Shown: positions 1-11,614 of the stretch, piece by piece
Numbering within the stretch: the stretch's first letter is position 1
How the letters are laid out: each line of letters starts with the position of its first letter
Assembly: GCA_029941235.1 (NCBI GenBank)
Contig: JAPYQM010000011.1
Location: 4,677-57,518, forward strand
Length of the DNA: 52,842 nt
Direction: 5' to 3'
DNA from: Myxococcota bacterium
Lineage (GTDB): Bacteria; Myxococcota_A; UBA9160; UBA4427
Position numbers and translations under genes: made by a program
The notes under the pieces: model-generated
Told to the model about the DNA's origin: nothing
Databases searched by the model: none
The model's input: only the letters and a program-made list of their open reading frames with translations

Positions 1-1
1 C

Positions 2-1396
2 TCAAATCAAGGCCTCTACGCGTTCCCTCACGTAGGCGACCACTCCCTCCAGCGGCACACGAGCCTGCTCCATGGTGTCGCGCTCTCGCACGGTGACTTT
101 CCCGTCGTCTTCAGAATCAAAGTCATACGTCACACAGAAAGGCGTCCCTACCTCATCCTGCCGGCGATATCGGCGCCCGATATTTCCGGCGTCGTCATAG
201 AAAGCGTTCATCGTTCGGCTCAGGTCAGCATGAAGCGCGCGGGCGGGCTCGGCAAGCTTCTTTGATAGCGGAAGTACAGCTGCCTTTATCGGGGCGATGG
301 CGGGTGAGAGCCGCATGACGTTTCGAGTCTCTCCGCCCTCGACATCCTCCTCCGTGTAGGCATTCACCAGAAGTGCAAGGCATGTCCTGTCAACGCCCAT
401 GGACGTCTCAACCACCATGGGGGTATACCGCTCCTTCGTTTCTTCATCGGTAACCATGAGATTCTTGCCCGAGAATTCGCTGTGCCGGGAAAGATCCCAA
501 TCGCCCCGATCGTGAACGCCTTCAATCTCCTGCCAGCCGAATGGAAAGAGAAATTCCACATCTTCCGCCGCGTTCGCGTAGTGGGCCAGTTCGTCGGGGG
601 CATGCGGGCGAAAACGGAGGTTGCCAGCATCGAAGCCGATATCCAAATGGAAGCGCATACGTTCTTCGCGCCAAGCTTCGAACCACTCTTCGCGCCCGGA
701 CGGGTGGCAGAAGAATTCCATTTCCGCCTGCTCAAACTCACGCGAGCGGAACGTGAAATTGCGCGGAGTGATCTCGTTCCGAAAGGCCTTGCCGATTTGC
801 GCGATGCCAAAAGGAATCTTCTGGCGCGCCGACTCGCGAACCCGCTTGAAGTCGGTGAAGATGGGCTGACACGTCTCCGGACGCAGGTAGGCGGTCATCT
901 GCGCCTCCACCGAAGCACCGATTTGAGTCTGAAGCATCAGGTTGAAGTCCCGGGCCTCGGTCAGATCACAGTCGGAAAGCGCCCTTTTTTTCGGCGCCTC
1001 GGGACACCTTTCGCCCTCGATCTGGTCCGCTCGGAACCGCCTCTTGCAGGTGCGGCAGTCCACCATGGGATCGCTGAAATGCTCCACATGGCCCGACGCC
1101 TCCCATGCTCGCGGATGGCTGATGATGGCGCTGTCGATTCCCACCACATCGGTGCGTTGGCGGACCATTCGCTGCCACCAAGCGGCCTTCAGATTGTTTT
1201 TGAGTTCCACGCCGAGGGGCCCGTAGTCCCAAAAGCCGTTAATGCCGCCATAGACCTCGCTCGACGGAAAGATGAAGCCACGACTGGCGCAGAGTGCCAC
1301 CAGGGTTTCCATGGCCAGCGGATGACGTTCTTCGGCGCGAGGATCGTTCGCAGGTTGGACATCTTCTTGATTCGACATGGTCGTCGTAGGGCTCAC
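2..1396 (-). CDS. glyQS: glycine--tRNA ligase (class II, homodimeric GlyQS type)
   Basis: 464-aa ORF with TGA at 2-4. The N-terminal FIFPSSEVYGGINGFWDYGPLGVELKNN segment and overall length are typical of bacterial alpha2 GlyRS. Confidence 0.9.
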   Translation of the reverse strand: MSPTTTMSNQEDVQPANDPRAEERHPLAMETLVALCASRGFIFPSSEVYGGINGFWDYGPLGVELKNNLKAAWWQRMVRQRTDVVGIDSAIISHPRAWEASGHVEHFSDPMVDCRTCKRRFRADQIEGERCPEAPKKRALSDCDLTEARDFNLMLQTQIGASVEAQMTAYLRPETCQPIFTDFKRVRESARQKIPFGIAQIGKAFRNEITPRNFTFRSREFEQAEMEFFCHPSGREEWFEAWREERMRFHLDIGFDAGNLRFRPHAPDELAHYANAAEDVEFLFPFGWQEIEGVHDRGDWDLSRHSEFSGKNLMVTDEETKERYTPMVVETSMGVDRTCLALLVNAYTEEDVEGGETRNVMRLSPAIAPIKAAVLPLSKKLAEPARALHADLSRTMNAFYDDAGNIGRRYRRQDEVGTPFCVTYDFDSEDDGKVTVRERDTMEQARVPLEGVVAYVRERVEALI

Positions 1397-1535
1397 TCGG
1401 CCGCGCTGGGCACGGCATCCGGCTAATTTTCCGGCCTAAGAGGAAAACACAAAAACAGCGGGCGATCTGGAAGAACCGCTAATTTTGGACTCGAGGAGAG
1501 GTCTCCGCAAATCCCCGCAGCCAGGGAGTATCCGT

Positions 1536-2327
1536 CTACGGAGTCGCCGCTGTCAAGCGACCCCCGGACAAGCTCTCCTCCAGGAATCGCTCGCTCTTCA
1601 GTTCGAAACCCAGGTGAAAGCGGTGAAAACGGAAGAGGATCTCCTGGGCCTCTTCGATGGCCTGGGTGCTGAGCTGCAATCGGCCCAGCTGGCCGATTTC
1701 CGAGTCGAGACTCTTCGCCAGTGCCCTCAGGGTGCCAAGATGGACCGTCACGATTCCCGCTCTCCCGTCGGTACCGTGGGCCTCGCAAATTATGCCGCCA
1801 TCGGCCACATGGAAGCCGACCTGCCCCGTCCGAGGCTCGGCCCCGCAGCGAACGCAGTTTGCGAGCCCCGGGCGCAGCCCCAGAGCATCGAAGGCACGGA
1901 GTTCAAAGAAGAGCCGTAAGCGGGGATCGGGAAATTCGACGGCCAGGGCCCCCAGTGCCGACAACGCGAAGTCAAAGAGTCGGCGGGTATCCGCTCGGGC
2001 TCCATCCTCGGGCGCCATCCGATCCATCAATTCAATCAAGTAGCTCGCCAGCGCATAGCGAACCGGGTTCTCCCGCAAGGGGATAAAGGGCGAAATCAAT
2101 GCGGCCTGCTCGAGAAACCCCAACCCGCTCAGCTTCTTGCGGGATACCCGAACGCGCAGGTGGTTGAAGAGATCCAGCGAACCCGGGAAGCGTTTCTGGC
2201 TCTTCCGCGCGTGCTTGGCGACCACCGTCATCCGCCCCACGTCGGGCAGAAGCAGGTGAGCGATCAGATCCGACTCCCCGTAATCGACCGCGCGCAATAC
2301 GATCGCCTCACCCTCGATCACCGCCAT
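1536..2327 (-). CDS. recO: DNA repair protein RecO
   Basis: 263-aa ORF with an N-terminal OB-fold signature (EAIVLRAVDYGESD) and a Cys/His zinc motif (CVRCG...CEAHG). ATG at 2325-2327. Confidence 0.85.
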   Translation of the reverse strand: MAVIEGEAIVLRAVDYGESDLIAHLLLPDVGRMTVVAKHARKSQKRFPGSLDLFNHLRVRVSRKKLSGLGFLEQAALISPFIPLRENPVRYALASYLIELMDRMAPEDGARADTRRLFDFALSALGALAVEFPDPRLRLFFELRAFDALGLRPGLANCVRCGAEPRTGQVGFHVADGGIICEAHGTDGRAGIVTVHLGTLRALAKSLDSEIGQLGRLQLSTQAIEEAQEILFRFHRFHLGFELKSERFLEESLSGGRLTAATP

Positions 2328-2336
2328 ATGACGATT

Positions 2337-2858
2337 TTAGTCGGTCGTATTGGATTCGCCCGCCGAATTCGGCGGCCGGAGCACCGGGAGCGCAACGAGG
2401 GCGGGCTCCACCGGAGACTCGGCCAGCGCCCGGACCGGATCTCGACGAAAAACCACCCCCTGGTCGACATCCGCCGAGGACCGGGACTGTCGGGTAGACA
2501 CCTGCTGGATGACGAACAGGAGGGCTCCCAACAGACTCACCACGGCCAAACCCACAACAGCACCGACGACGCGACGCTTCAGATTGACAAGCCGACCCTC
2601 CTCGGGCTCGGGTTCCGAGTGCATCCGAGAGAGGGTGTCCTCGGCGTCCAGCCCCAGGCTCTCGGACACGGTTCGCACGAATCCCTTGACGAAACCATCC
2701 ACCTGGCCGTCAAAGAAACCGGCTTCCAGCCGTTCGATCGACCGCACCGGGACCCTCGTCAGCTGGGCAAGTTCTTCTACACTGATCTCACGCAACTCCC
2801 GCTGCCAGCGCAAGTAGCTGCCAATGGCCTGGCTCTCCACCCTATCTGATCGAGTCAC
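2337..2858 (-). CDS. XRE-type helix-turn-helix membrane protein, RodZ-like (short form)
   Basis: 173 aa. N-terminal HTH (ISVEELAQLTRVPVRSIERLEAG), one TM helix (VVGAVVGLAVVSLLGALLFVI) and a short tail with no long C-terminal periplasmic domain. It sits directly downstream of a PilW-like TPR lipoprotein, as rodZ does in gammaproteobacteria. Confidence 0.55.
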   Translation of the reverse strand: MTRSDRVESQAIGSYLRWQRELREISVEELAQLTRVPVRSIERLEAGFFDGQVDGFVKGFVRTVSESLGLDAEDTLSRMHSEPEPEEGRLVNLKRRVVGAVVGLAVVSLLGALLFVIQQVSTRQSRSSADVDQGVVFRRDPVRALAESPVEPALVALPVLRPPNSAGESNTTD

Positions 2859-2868
2859 GCGCGAAATC

Positions 2869-3714
2869 CTAGAGCAGCATTTCCAGATAGGAATGGGATT
2901 TTCCTCCCGATTCGCTTTCCGGAGCCTTTTCGTTCGAGGACTTGAAGTGCAGAACGGCCTTGTCCCTGCGACCCAGCGTCATATAGATCTCGCCGATCCG
3001 AAAGTGGGCCTCGGCTTGGGCTGCCAGAGACATCTGTTTGGAGTCCGTGACCAGGTCCAACTGGTGAATTGAGTCGAGCCAGCGACCCTGCTCCTGGTCG
3101 AGAATTCCAAGATTAAAATGGGCCACGGCGTAATCGGAGCGGAAATCCAGCGCCTCTTCGTAGCTGGACCGTGCCTCCCCGAACTGCCCCGATTTGTACT
3201 GGGCCCACCCCCGATTGGTGAGCGCAATCCAGGGCGACGCGTAGGTGGGATCGTCGATCAAAATCTGACAGAGGACCTCGGCGTCCGGATACTGTTCCAA
3301 CTGGATATACACCGCGGCGAGGGTGAGCGTCGCGTTCTGGCGATCCTGTGACTGGGGATCCGGGTCGGTCTCCAGCGCGAGCAGGAGGTTGATTTCCGCC
3401 TCGGCGAGCAGGCCCTTGCTCCGATACGCCTCCCCGAGGCCGGCATAGGTCTTCGGATCGTTGGGATTTTGACGTTGCGCCTCTTGAAGGGTCCGAATCG
3501 CCATGGCGTAGTTGCCCTGGCGCATGGAGTCCAGTCCCACATCGCGAACCGCCGCCGCCAAGCCCACCGGATCGACCTCGCGCTCCGAACTCACCGTGGT
3601 GAGGCAGCCCGAGAGCAGACCAGAGAGCACCCCGAAACACACGAGCCAGCCCACGATGAACCGTCGATGTACAAAAATTTGGCCCCTGCCCACCCCGCCC
3701 ACTTCCTCTCGCAT
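2869..3714 (-). CDS. TPR-repeat lipoprotein, PilW/PilF-like
   Basis: The track ORF runs to 3942, but the first 76 codons are Arg/Pro/Gly-rich with no signal. The ATG at 3712-3714 gives MREEV...VLSGLLSGC, a signal peptide with lipobox, followed by about 6 TPR units. Confidence 0.6.
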   Translation of the reverse strand: MREEVGGVGRGQIFVHRRFIVGWLVCFGVLSGLLSGCLTTVSSEREVDPVGLAAAVRDVGLDSMRQGNYAMAIRTLQEAQRQNPNDPKTYAGLGEAYRSKGLLAEAEINLLLALETDPDPQSQDRQNATLTLAAVYIQLEQYPDAEVLCQILIDDPTYASPWIALTNRGWAQYKSGQFGEARSSYEEALDFRSDYAVAHFNLGILDQEQGRWLDSIHQLDLVTDSKQMSLAAQAEAHFRIGEIYMTLGRRDKAVLHFKSSNEKAPESESGGKSHSYLEMLL

Positions 3715-4146
3715 GCGCCCCCCTGATGTGGGTCGAGTTCTGATTGGCCCGCCCGCGCCAGAATCTAGCGGCTCACCGGACCGATGCGTCGAGTCCGATC
3801 GTCTTCGCCCCAGTGATTCATCGCGCCGGACAGGCCGATTCCTCCGATTCCCCACCGGCCTCACCCGTCCGCCTCGATCCCTCGGGGAGTGGACCGAGCC
3901 ATCTCGCAGATGCCAGCCGCAAACTACCAAGAAGGAAAACAAATCGACTTCACGAAAGTCGAATAAAGAACCTCGACGGGGCTTTCGCGCCCCGGACCGG
4001 GGGATACACTTCCGCGAATCGAATTCATCTGCCCAGGGTCAATCGCGTAGGGAGCCATGTACGCCCGGGAAAGAGTTGAGAACGGAAACGAACAGGCCAA
4101 AGGAACTCTCCAGCCAGATCCATTTGGACCCGATGAAAGATGAGAA

Positions 4147-4161
4147 AGGTCTAGGAGACCT
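4147..4161 (+). promoter_or_regulatory. hairpin enclosing the korA Shine-Dalgarno sequence
   Basis: AGGTCT-AGG-AGACCT is a perfect 6-bp stem whose loop and 3' arm contain GGAG. It ends 9 nt before the korA ATG at 4171. Confidence 0.3.
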
Positions 4162-4170
4162 GATCCGGAA

Positions 4171-6009
4171 ATGACAACGAAATCCATTCGGAAGCTCGAT
4201 GACGTCGCGATTCGGTTTGCCGGTGACTCCGGCGACGGCATGCAACTAACGGGCACTAAGTTCACCGACGAAACCGCATTGGCGGGGAACGACCTCTCGA
4301 CATATCCGGATTTTCCCGCCGAAATAAGGGCTCCTGCGGGAACCATGGCCGGTGTCTCGGGATTCCAGATTCATTTTTCGTCTCGCGATATCCACACGCC
4401 AGCGGACAAGGTCGATCTGCTTGTCGCATTCAATCCCGCCGCGTTGCGCGCCAATGTCGAAGACGTTCGCTCTCAGGGTATGGTGATCATCAACAGCGAT
4501 GCGTTCTCAAAGAAGAGCCTCGTACGCGCTGGCTATACCGAAGATCCCCGGGGCGACCTTGCCACTCGGTTCAATCTTGTCGAAATCCCGCTGACGAACT
4601 TGAATCGCGAAGCCCTCCACGGACTCTCGATCAGCCAACGCGAAGTCGACCGCTGCAAAAATTTCTTTGCCTTGGGACTGCTTTGCTGGCTCTACGGTCG
4701 ACCCATGGAAGCCACAGAGCGATGGCTAACGGGAAAATTCACAGGCGATGTTCGTGAGGGCAATCTGCGTACCCTCAAAGCGGGTCATGCCTTCGGCGAA
4801 ACCACCGAGCTCTTCCCTACTCACTACACGATTCCTTCGGCCAAGATCGAGGCGGGCACTTACCGAAACATCACCGGGAATACCGCCCTCGCCTGGGGAA
4901 TCGTCGCTGCCGGGGAGCAGATGAACAACCCGGTCTTTCTGGGTGCCTACCCGATTACACCCGCGAGCGAGGTTCTACACGAGGTGGCGCGGCATCGACA
5001 TTTTGGAGTCAAGACCTTCCAGGCCGAAGACGAGATCGCCGCAGCCAGCGCGACCATCGGCGCAGCCTTCGCGGGCCAACTCGCCGTAACCATTTCAAGC
5101 GGCCCAGGGTTCGTGCTGAAGCAGGAAGCTATTGGCCTCGCAGTGATGGTCGAACTACCCCTAGTTGCCATCAACATCCAGCGGGCGGGCCCGGCCACGG
5201 GCTCCCCCACAAAAACCGAACAGGGGGACTTGCTCGCGGCAATTTTTGGCCGGCATTCCCAGAGTCCTGTACCGCTGCTGGCGCCTTCGACGCCCGGAGA
5301 TTGTTTTCACACGGTGATCGAGGCCTTCAAGATCGCGGTGGAGTTCATGACGCCTGTGATCGTGCTCTCTGACGGATACCTCGCCAACAGTGCCGAGCCC
5401 TGGAAAATTCCCGAGGTCGAGTCGCTCACGCGAAAGCAAATCGTTTTCGCGACCCCTGACGGGGATTCAAAATTTGAGCCCTACCGCCGTGACCCTGATA
5501 CTCTCGCCCGGCCTTGGGCGATTCCTGGAACTCCTGGACTCGAGCACCGGATCGGCGGACTCACCAAGGAAGATATCACGGGCAACGTGGTCTACGGCCC
5601 GAACAACCATCAGCGTATGGTGGATCTACGAGCAGAAAAGATCGCGCGAATTGCGAACATCATTCCTCCCGCAGAAGTCGAAGGCCCGGACAGTGGCGAA
5701 CTTCTGGTCATCGGTTGGGGGGGTACCCGGGGAGCGATCACTGCGGCCGTCGAAGAAATCGAGGCAAGCGGGCAAATAGTCTCCCAGGTCCATATTCGGC
5801 ACCTCAATCCGTTCCCGACCAACCTTGGGGATGTGCTCAAGCGCTTCGAACAGGTCCTGTGCCCCGAACTCAACGAAGGCCAATTGGCCCTCTTGCTCAG
5901 GTCGCGTTATCTGGTCGATGTCAAATCATTCTCGAAGATTGCCGGGCAGCCTTTCAAGGTTGGCGAGATCTCCGATAAAATCCGAGAACTCCTAGCTGTG
6001 AAAGGCTGA
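4171..6009 (+). CDS. korA: 2-oxoacid (2-oxoglutarate):ferredoxin oxidoreductase, alpha subunit (fused gamma/alpha type)
   Basis: 612 aa. The N-terminal FAGDSGDGMQLTG gamma-like domain is followed by the pyruvate-flavodoxin oxidoreductase core. The beta-subunit gene lies 4 nt downstream. Confidence 0.9.
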   Translation: MTTKSIRKLDDVAIRFAGDSGDGMQLTGTKFTDETALAGNDLSTYPDFPAEIRAPAGTMAGVSGFQIHFSSRDIHTPADKVDLLVAFNPAALRANVEDVRSQGMVIINSDAFSKKSLVRAGYTEDPRGDLATRFNLVEIPLTNLNREALHGLSISQREVDRCKNFFALGLLCWLYGRPMEATERWLTGKFTGDVREGNLRTLKAGHAFGETTELFPTHYTIPSAKIEAGTYRNITGNTALAWGIVAAGEQMNNPVFLGAYPITPASEVLHEVARHRHFGVKTFQAEDEIAAASATIGAAFAGQLAVTISSGPGFVLKQEAIGLAVMVELPLVAINIQRAGPATGSPTKTEQGDLLAAIFGRHSQSPVPLLAPSTPGDCFHTVIEAFKIAVEFMTPVIVLSDGYLANSAEPWKIPEVESLTRKQIVFATPDGDSKFEPYRRDPDTLARPWAIPGTPGLEHRIGGLTKEDITGNVVYGPNNHQRMVDLRAEKIARIANIIPPAEVEGPDSGELLVIGWGGTRGAITAAVEEIEASGQIVSQVHIRHLNPFPTNLGDVLKRFEQVLCPELNEGQLALLLRSRYLVDVKSFSKIAGQPFKVGEISDKIRELLAVKG

Positions 6010-6013
6010 TCAA

Positions 6014-7042
6014 TTGTCCGCAGAAACCACTCCCCGACTCAGCCGTAAGGATTTCGTGGCCGACCAGGACGTCCGCTGGTGCCCCGGTTGTGGCGACTAC
6101 TCGATCCTCGCCAACGTGCAGCGCGTCATGCCCGACCTCGGCGTACGTCGGGAGAATATCGTATTCGTCTCAGGCATCGGTTGCTCGAGTCGTTTCCCGT
6201 ACTACATGAACACCTACGGATTTCACACCATTCATGGACGAGCTCCAGCATTCGCCACCGGGGCCAAAGCGGCAAATCCTGATCTCTCGGTCTGGGTTGT
6301 TACGGGAGACGGTGACGGGTTATCGATTGGCGGCAATCACCTCTTGCACGCCATTCGTCGCAACCTCGATGTTCAGATCCTGCTCTTCAACAACCGGGTC
6401 TACGGCCTGACCAAGGGGCAATACTCCCCCACATCGGAATTGGGGATGCAGACCAAGTCATCGCCCAACGGCTCGATCGATCATCCCATCGATCCGATTT
6501 CATTCGCCCTGGGATGTGGGGCCACGTTCGTGGCTCGCACCATTGATGTGGATGCTCCCCATTTGCAGCACATATTGCGGCGCGCCCACCAGCACAAGGG
6601 CACGGCCTTCGTCGAAATCCTCCAGAATTGTCCTGTCTTCAACGACGGGATCTTTTCGGAAGTCGAGGACCGAAAGACCCGGTCGGAATCGGCCCTGGTG
6701 CTAGAGCACGGAAAGCCTTTGACGTTCGGCTCGGCGGGCAAACTCAAGGGAATCAGCCTCGACAATGGTGTCCCCAAAGTCGTAGACCTGCGGGACGAAG
6801 ATGATCCCGTCGAACGCGGGGTCGTAGTCCACGACGAAAGCCATGAAATGCGTTCCTACGCCTCTGCGCTCGCCACACTGAAACGACCGGATTTCCCGGT
6901 TCCCGTCGGTGTGATTCGCGAGGTCGAGAAAGCCTGCTACGAAGATTTGCTCCAGGACCAAGTCACCAAGGCAATCGAGCAGAATGGGCGCGGGGACCTC
7001 AAAGCGCTCCTTCACTCCGGCGACACCTGGGAAGTCAGCTAG
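6014..7042 (+). CDS. korB: 2-oxoacid:ferredoxin oxidoreductase, beta (TPP-binding) subunit
   Basis: 342 aa with WCPGCGDY and GDGD...NN TPP-binding motifs. TTG start at 6014, TAG at 7040-7042. Confidence 0.9.
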   Translation: MSAETTPRLSRKDFVADQDVRWCPGCGDYSILANVQRVMPDLGVRRENIVFVSGIGCSSRFPYYMNTYGFHTIHGRAPAFATGAKAANPDLSVWVVTGDGDGLSIGGNHLLHAIRRNLDVQILLFNNRVYGLTKGQYSPTSELGMQTKSSPNGSIDHPIDPISFALGCGATFVARTIDVDAPHLQHILRRAHQHKGTAFVEILQNCPVFNDGIFSEVEDRKTRSESALVLEHGKPLTFGSAGKLKGISLDNGVPKVVDLRDEDDPVERGVVVHDESHEMRSYASALATLKRPDFPVPVGVIREVEKACYEDLLQDQVTKAIEQNGRGDLKALLHSGDTWEVS

Positions 7043-7914
7043 GCGAGTTCAGGCGCCGCCTTGGCGAAGGTTTCGCCAATCAGCGCAGGCGATTCGGCCA
7101 CAGCGACTCCGTTGGCTTCAAGGGCTGCGATCTTGTCGCTCGCCTTGCCCTTCCCGCCGGCGATAATCGCTCCGGCATGGCCCATGCGTTTGCCCGCAGG
7201 CGCGTTTTGGCCGGCGATGAATGCGGCAACTGGCTTCGTCATGTTGGACTTGACGAATTCTGCAGCTTCCTCCTCAGCGGATCCTCCGATTTCACCGATC
7301 ATCACAACGCCCTTCGTCTCCGGATCGGCCTCAAAGAGCGTCAGCGCATCGATAAAATTGGTTCCGATCACCGGGTCGCCACCAATCCCGAGACAGGTGG
7401 ACTGCCCGATTCCCAACCGAGAGAGTTGATCCACGGCCTCGTAGGTCAGGGTGCCCGATCGAGAAACCACGCCCACAGGACCGGGCATGGTGATCTGGGC
7501 AGGCATAATCCCGATCCGACATTGTCCGGGTGTCACGATTCCCGGACAATTCGGCCCAACGAGTCGCATAGAGGACCCTGCCAATGCGCTCTTGGCGCGC
7601 GCCATGTCGAGAACAGGAATTCCCTCGGTGATACACACCGCGAGCCCAATACCGGCATCTGCGGCTTCAAGAATCGCGTCAGCGGCACCCGGAGGCGGCA
7701 CGAAGATCACCGACGCTTTGGCCCCCGTCGCGCGTACGGCCTGGGCGACAGAGTTGAAAACAGGGATGCCTGCGATTTCCTGGCCCCCCTTCCCTGGCGC
7801 CACACCACCGACCACCTGCGTCCCGTACTCCAGGGAAAGATTCGCGTGGAACTGACCCATCCGGCCCATCCCTTGCACGATCAACTTCGTATTTTTGTCG
7901 CAAAGAATCGCCAT
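7039..7914 (-). CDS. sucD: succinate--CoA ligase, alpha subunit
   Basis: 291 aa with SucD signatures ([27 protein letters not shown]). Confidence 0.95.
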   Translation of the reverse strand: MAILCDKNTKLIVQGMGRMGQFHANLSLEYGTQVVGGVAPGKGGQEIAGIPVFNSVAQAVRATGAKASVIFVPPPGAADAILEAADAGIGLAVCITEGIPVLDMARAKSALAGSSMRLVGPNCPGIVTPGQCRIGIMPAQITMPGPVGVVSRSGTLTYEAVDQLSRLGIGQSTCLGIGGDPVIGTNFIDALTLFEADPETKGVVMIGEIGGSAEEEAAEFVKSNMTKPVAAFIAGQNAPAGKRMGHAGAIIAGGKGKASDKIAALEANGVAVAESPALIGETFAKAAPELA

Positions 7915-7917
7915 GAT

Positions 7918-9090
7918 TCAGGCCACGCCTCCCTTTGCGGCAGCAACTGCCAATTCACCCGCCTCTTGAAGTGTCTCGGCCGGAGTTATATCCAAACCCG
8001 AGTCCGCAAGAATCGCGCGGCCCTCCGCGGCCATGGTGCCCTGCAGTCGAACGACTAAAGGAACCGAAAGCTTCAATTCTTTCGCGGCAGATGTCACGCC
8101 ATCAGCGATCAGATCGCACCGAACGATTCCGCCGAAAATATTGACTAGAATCGCGCGAACGTTCTCATCGCGAAGAATCAATTTAAAGGCCTCCTTCACC
8201 TTCTCCTTGTCGGCCCCTCCGCCTGCGTCCAGGAAGTTCGCTGGAGACCCGCCGCAGTAGTGAATCATGTCGAGGGTGGCCATAGCGAGCCCGGCACCAT
8301 TGACCATACAGCCAATATTTCCGTCCAGCCCCACGTAGGCGAGGTCAATCTCGTTCGCAGCCCGTTCTCGAGCGTCTTCCTCTTCGGCGTCTCGCAGTTC
8401 CGCGATTTCCGGATGCCGATACAGGGCGTTGTCGTCAAAGTTGATTTTTCCATCGAGAGCAATCAGATCGCCCTCCTCAGTCACCACCAGCGGGTTGATT
8501 TCTACCTGGCTGCAGTCCTTGGCGATGAAAAGATCAAAGAGCCTACGCACAAAGGAAACAAACTTGCTCACTTGCTCCGGGGGGAGGCCCAATTCAAAAC
8601 CCAAGGATCGACCCTGATGGTCCTGCAGACCCACGTTGGGTTCGACATGAACCGTATGAATTTTCTCGGGATGGGTGGCTGCGACTTCCTCGATTTCCAT
8701 GCCACCCTCGGTCGAGGCCACGATGGCAAAACGCTCGACAGATCGATCAAAAAGAATGGCGAGATAGAGTTCGTCGGCGATATCCGAGCCGGCCTCAACG
8801 TAGACCTTGCGAACGCACTTGCCTTCGGGCCCGGTCTGGGGGGTGTGCAGGGTCATTCCCAAGATTTCGCTGGCGGCGCGCTTGGCTTCTGCCGCTGACT
8901 TGGCCAGTTTCACACCGCCCGCCTTTCCCCGGCCACCTGCGTGGATCTGCGCTTTGACCACGACCACGGGGGTTCCCAGCGTTCGCGCGGCCTGCTCGGC
9001 CTCTGCGGGCGTGGTGGCCAGCAACCCCCTGGGCACGGGCACACCGAATTCGGCGAGCAGGGCCTTGGCCTGATATTCATGAACGTTCAT
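7918..9090 (-). CDS. sucC: succinate--CoA ligase (ADP-forming), beta subunit
   Basis: 390 aa starting MNVHEYQAKALLAEFGVPVP, with an ATP-grasp domain. It stops 3 nt before the sucD start. Confidence 0.95.
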   Translation of the reverse strand: MNVHEYQAKALLAEFGVPVPRGLLATTPAEAEQAARTLGTPVVVVKAQIHAGGRGKAGGVKLAKSAAEAKRAASEILGMTLHTPQTGPEGKCVRKVYVEAGSDIADELYLAILFDRSVERFAIVASTEGGMEIEEVAATHPEKIHTVHVEPNVGLQDHQGRSLGFELGLPPEQVSKFVSFVRRLFDLFIAKDCSQVEINPLVVTEEGDLIALDGKINFDDNALYRHPEIAELRDAEEEDARERAANEIDLAYVGLDGNIGCMVNGAGLAMATLDMIHYCGGSPANFLDAGGGADKEKVKEAFKLILRDENVRAILVNIFGGIVRCDLIADGVTSAAKELKLSVPLVVRLQGTMAAEGRAILADSGLDITPAETLQEAGELAVAAAKGGVA

Positions 9091-9144
9091 CGAAGCTTCC
9101 CCTCGATTGGAAAGTCAAATGGGTACCGAATGCGGCGTAAACGA

Positions 9145-10185
<1,041 letters not shown>

Positions 10186-11451
10186 TCAGGCGTTCTGGAT
10201 ATTTTTGATCAGGACGTCTGCGAAGCCACTGCAGGATACCTTGGTTGCGCCTTCCATCTGGCGATGAAAGTCGTAGGTGACCTGCTTCTGCTCTATGGCA
10301 GATTCGATGGCTCGCTCGATCAGTTCACCGGCCTCGATCCAACCGAGGTATTGAAACATCATCACACCCGACAAAATGACTGACCCCGGATTCACCTTGT
10401 CCTGATCCGCATATTTCGGCGCCGTGCCGTGAGTCGCTTCGAAGATCGCGGATGCAGTCCCGATATTGGCACCGGGCGCAATCCCCAGACCGCCAACCTG
10501 AGCCGCACAGGCGTCGGAAAGGTAGTCACCATTGAGGTTGGTCGTCGCGAGTACCTCGTATTCGTCGGGCCTCAGCAGCAGCTGCTGGAACATGGCGTCC
10601 GCGATGCGATCCTTGATCAAGATCCGACCAGCGGGAATCTTGCCATCGTGCTTTTCCCAGAGCTCGTCTTCGCTGATCGTCAGGTCGCCGAATTCATCCC
10701 GTGCGACCTCGTAGCCCCAATCACGAAACGCACCCTCGGTGTACTTCATGATATTGCCCTTATGGACCAGAGTCACGCTGCTGCGATCGTTGTCCCGGGC
10801 ATACTCGATGGCCATTTTCACCAGTCGCTTGCTGCCCGTCACGCTTATGGGTTTGACCCCGATTCCGGAATCCTTACGAACGTTCTTCGACATTTCCTCG
10901 TTCAAAAGGGAAATAATTCGCATCGCCTCAGCACTGCCCTGCTCGAAGTCGATTCCCGAGTAGACATCCTCGGTATTCTCCCTGAAGAGTACGATGTCGA
11001 GTTTCCCGGGCTCCTTCATGGGTGAGGGGACACCGTCGTACCAGCGGACCGGGCGCACGCACGCGTAAAGATCATGAATCTGCCTGAGAGCAACGTTGAT
11101 CGAGCGGATCCCACCGCCTACCGGTGTCGTGAGCGGCCCCTTGATCGCGATGCCGTATTCACGAATAGCCTGGTTGGTGTCCTCGGGAAGCCAAGTTCCT
11201 TCGCCGTAAATCGCGTTGGCCTTCTCCCCCGCGAAGATCTCATACCAAGCGATCTTGCGTTCGCCTTCGTAAGCCTTGTTCACGGCGGCATCAAACACGC
11301 GTACCGAAGCTGCCCAAATATCCGGACCGATTCCGTCCCCCTCGATGAAGGGAATAATGGGGTTCTGCGGAACGCGGAGTTCTCCGTCGGTTCCACGAGT
11401 AATCTTCTCGCCTTCGCTGGGGGTCTTGAGTTTGTCGTATGTCATCATCAT
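10186..11451 (-). CDS. icd: isocitrate dehydrogenase (NADP-dependent, homodimeric type)
   Basis: 421 aa with [23 protein letters not shown] and a typical Icd C-terminus. Confidence 0.9.
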   Translation of the reverse strand: MMMTYDKLKTPSEGEKITRGTDGELRVPQNPIIPFIEGDGIGPDIWAASVRVFDAAVNKAYEGERKIAWYEIFAGEKANAIYGEGTWLPEDTNQAIREYGIAIKGPLTTPVGGGIRSINVALRQIHDLYACVRPVRWYDGVPSPMKEPGKLDIVLFRENTEDVYSGIDFEQGSAEAMRIISLLNEEMSKNVRKDSGIGVKPISVTGSKRLVKMAIEYARDNDRSSVTLVHKGNIMKYTEGAFRDWGYEVARDEFGDLTISEDELWEKHDGKIPAGRILIKDRIADAMFQQLLLRPDEYEVLATTNLNGDYLSDACAAQVGGLGIAPGANIGTASAIFEATHGTAPKYADQDKVNPGSVILSGVMMFQYLGWIEAGELIERAIESAIEQKQVTYDFHRQMEGATKVSCSGFADVLIKNIQNA

Positions 11452-11614
11452 GGCGCCGATTTGTAAGGGATTCGCGCCCGTCCCGCCAACGGCGACACTC
11501 CTCTGCTCTATCTGGGCTGGGATGGGCGAACCCGCGAGTTCTTCCCGCGGGTCAAGTGTCCAGGGCTTTAGTCCTCAAACGCGACCCAGAGCCCTGGGAC
11601 CGCACGACTTACCT

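Noticed and set aside
1422-1486. Direct repeat GCTAATTTT (1422-1430 and 1478-1486) between recO and glyQS
   Set aside because: It is only 9 bp and in a short A/T-rich spacer. No associated promoter hexamers or hairpin could be defined, so it is too weak to call a feature.
3715-3942. 76-codon N-terminal extension of the TPR lipoprotein ORF
   Set aside because: It is Arg/Gly/Pro-rich and would bury the signal peptide and lipobox internally. The ATG at 3714 gives a canonical lipoprotein N-terminus.
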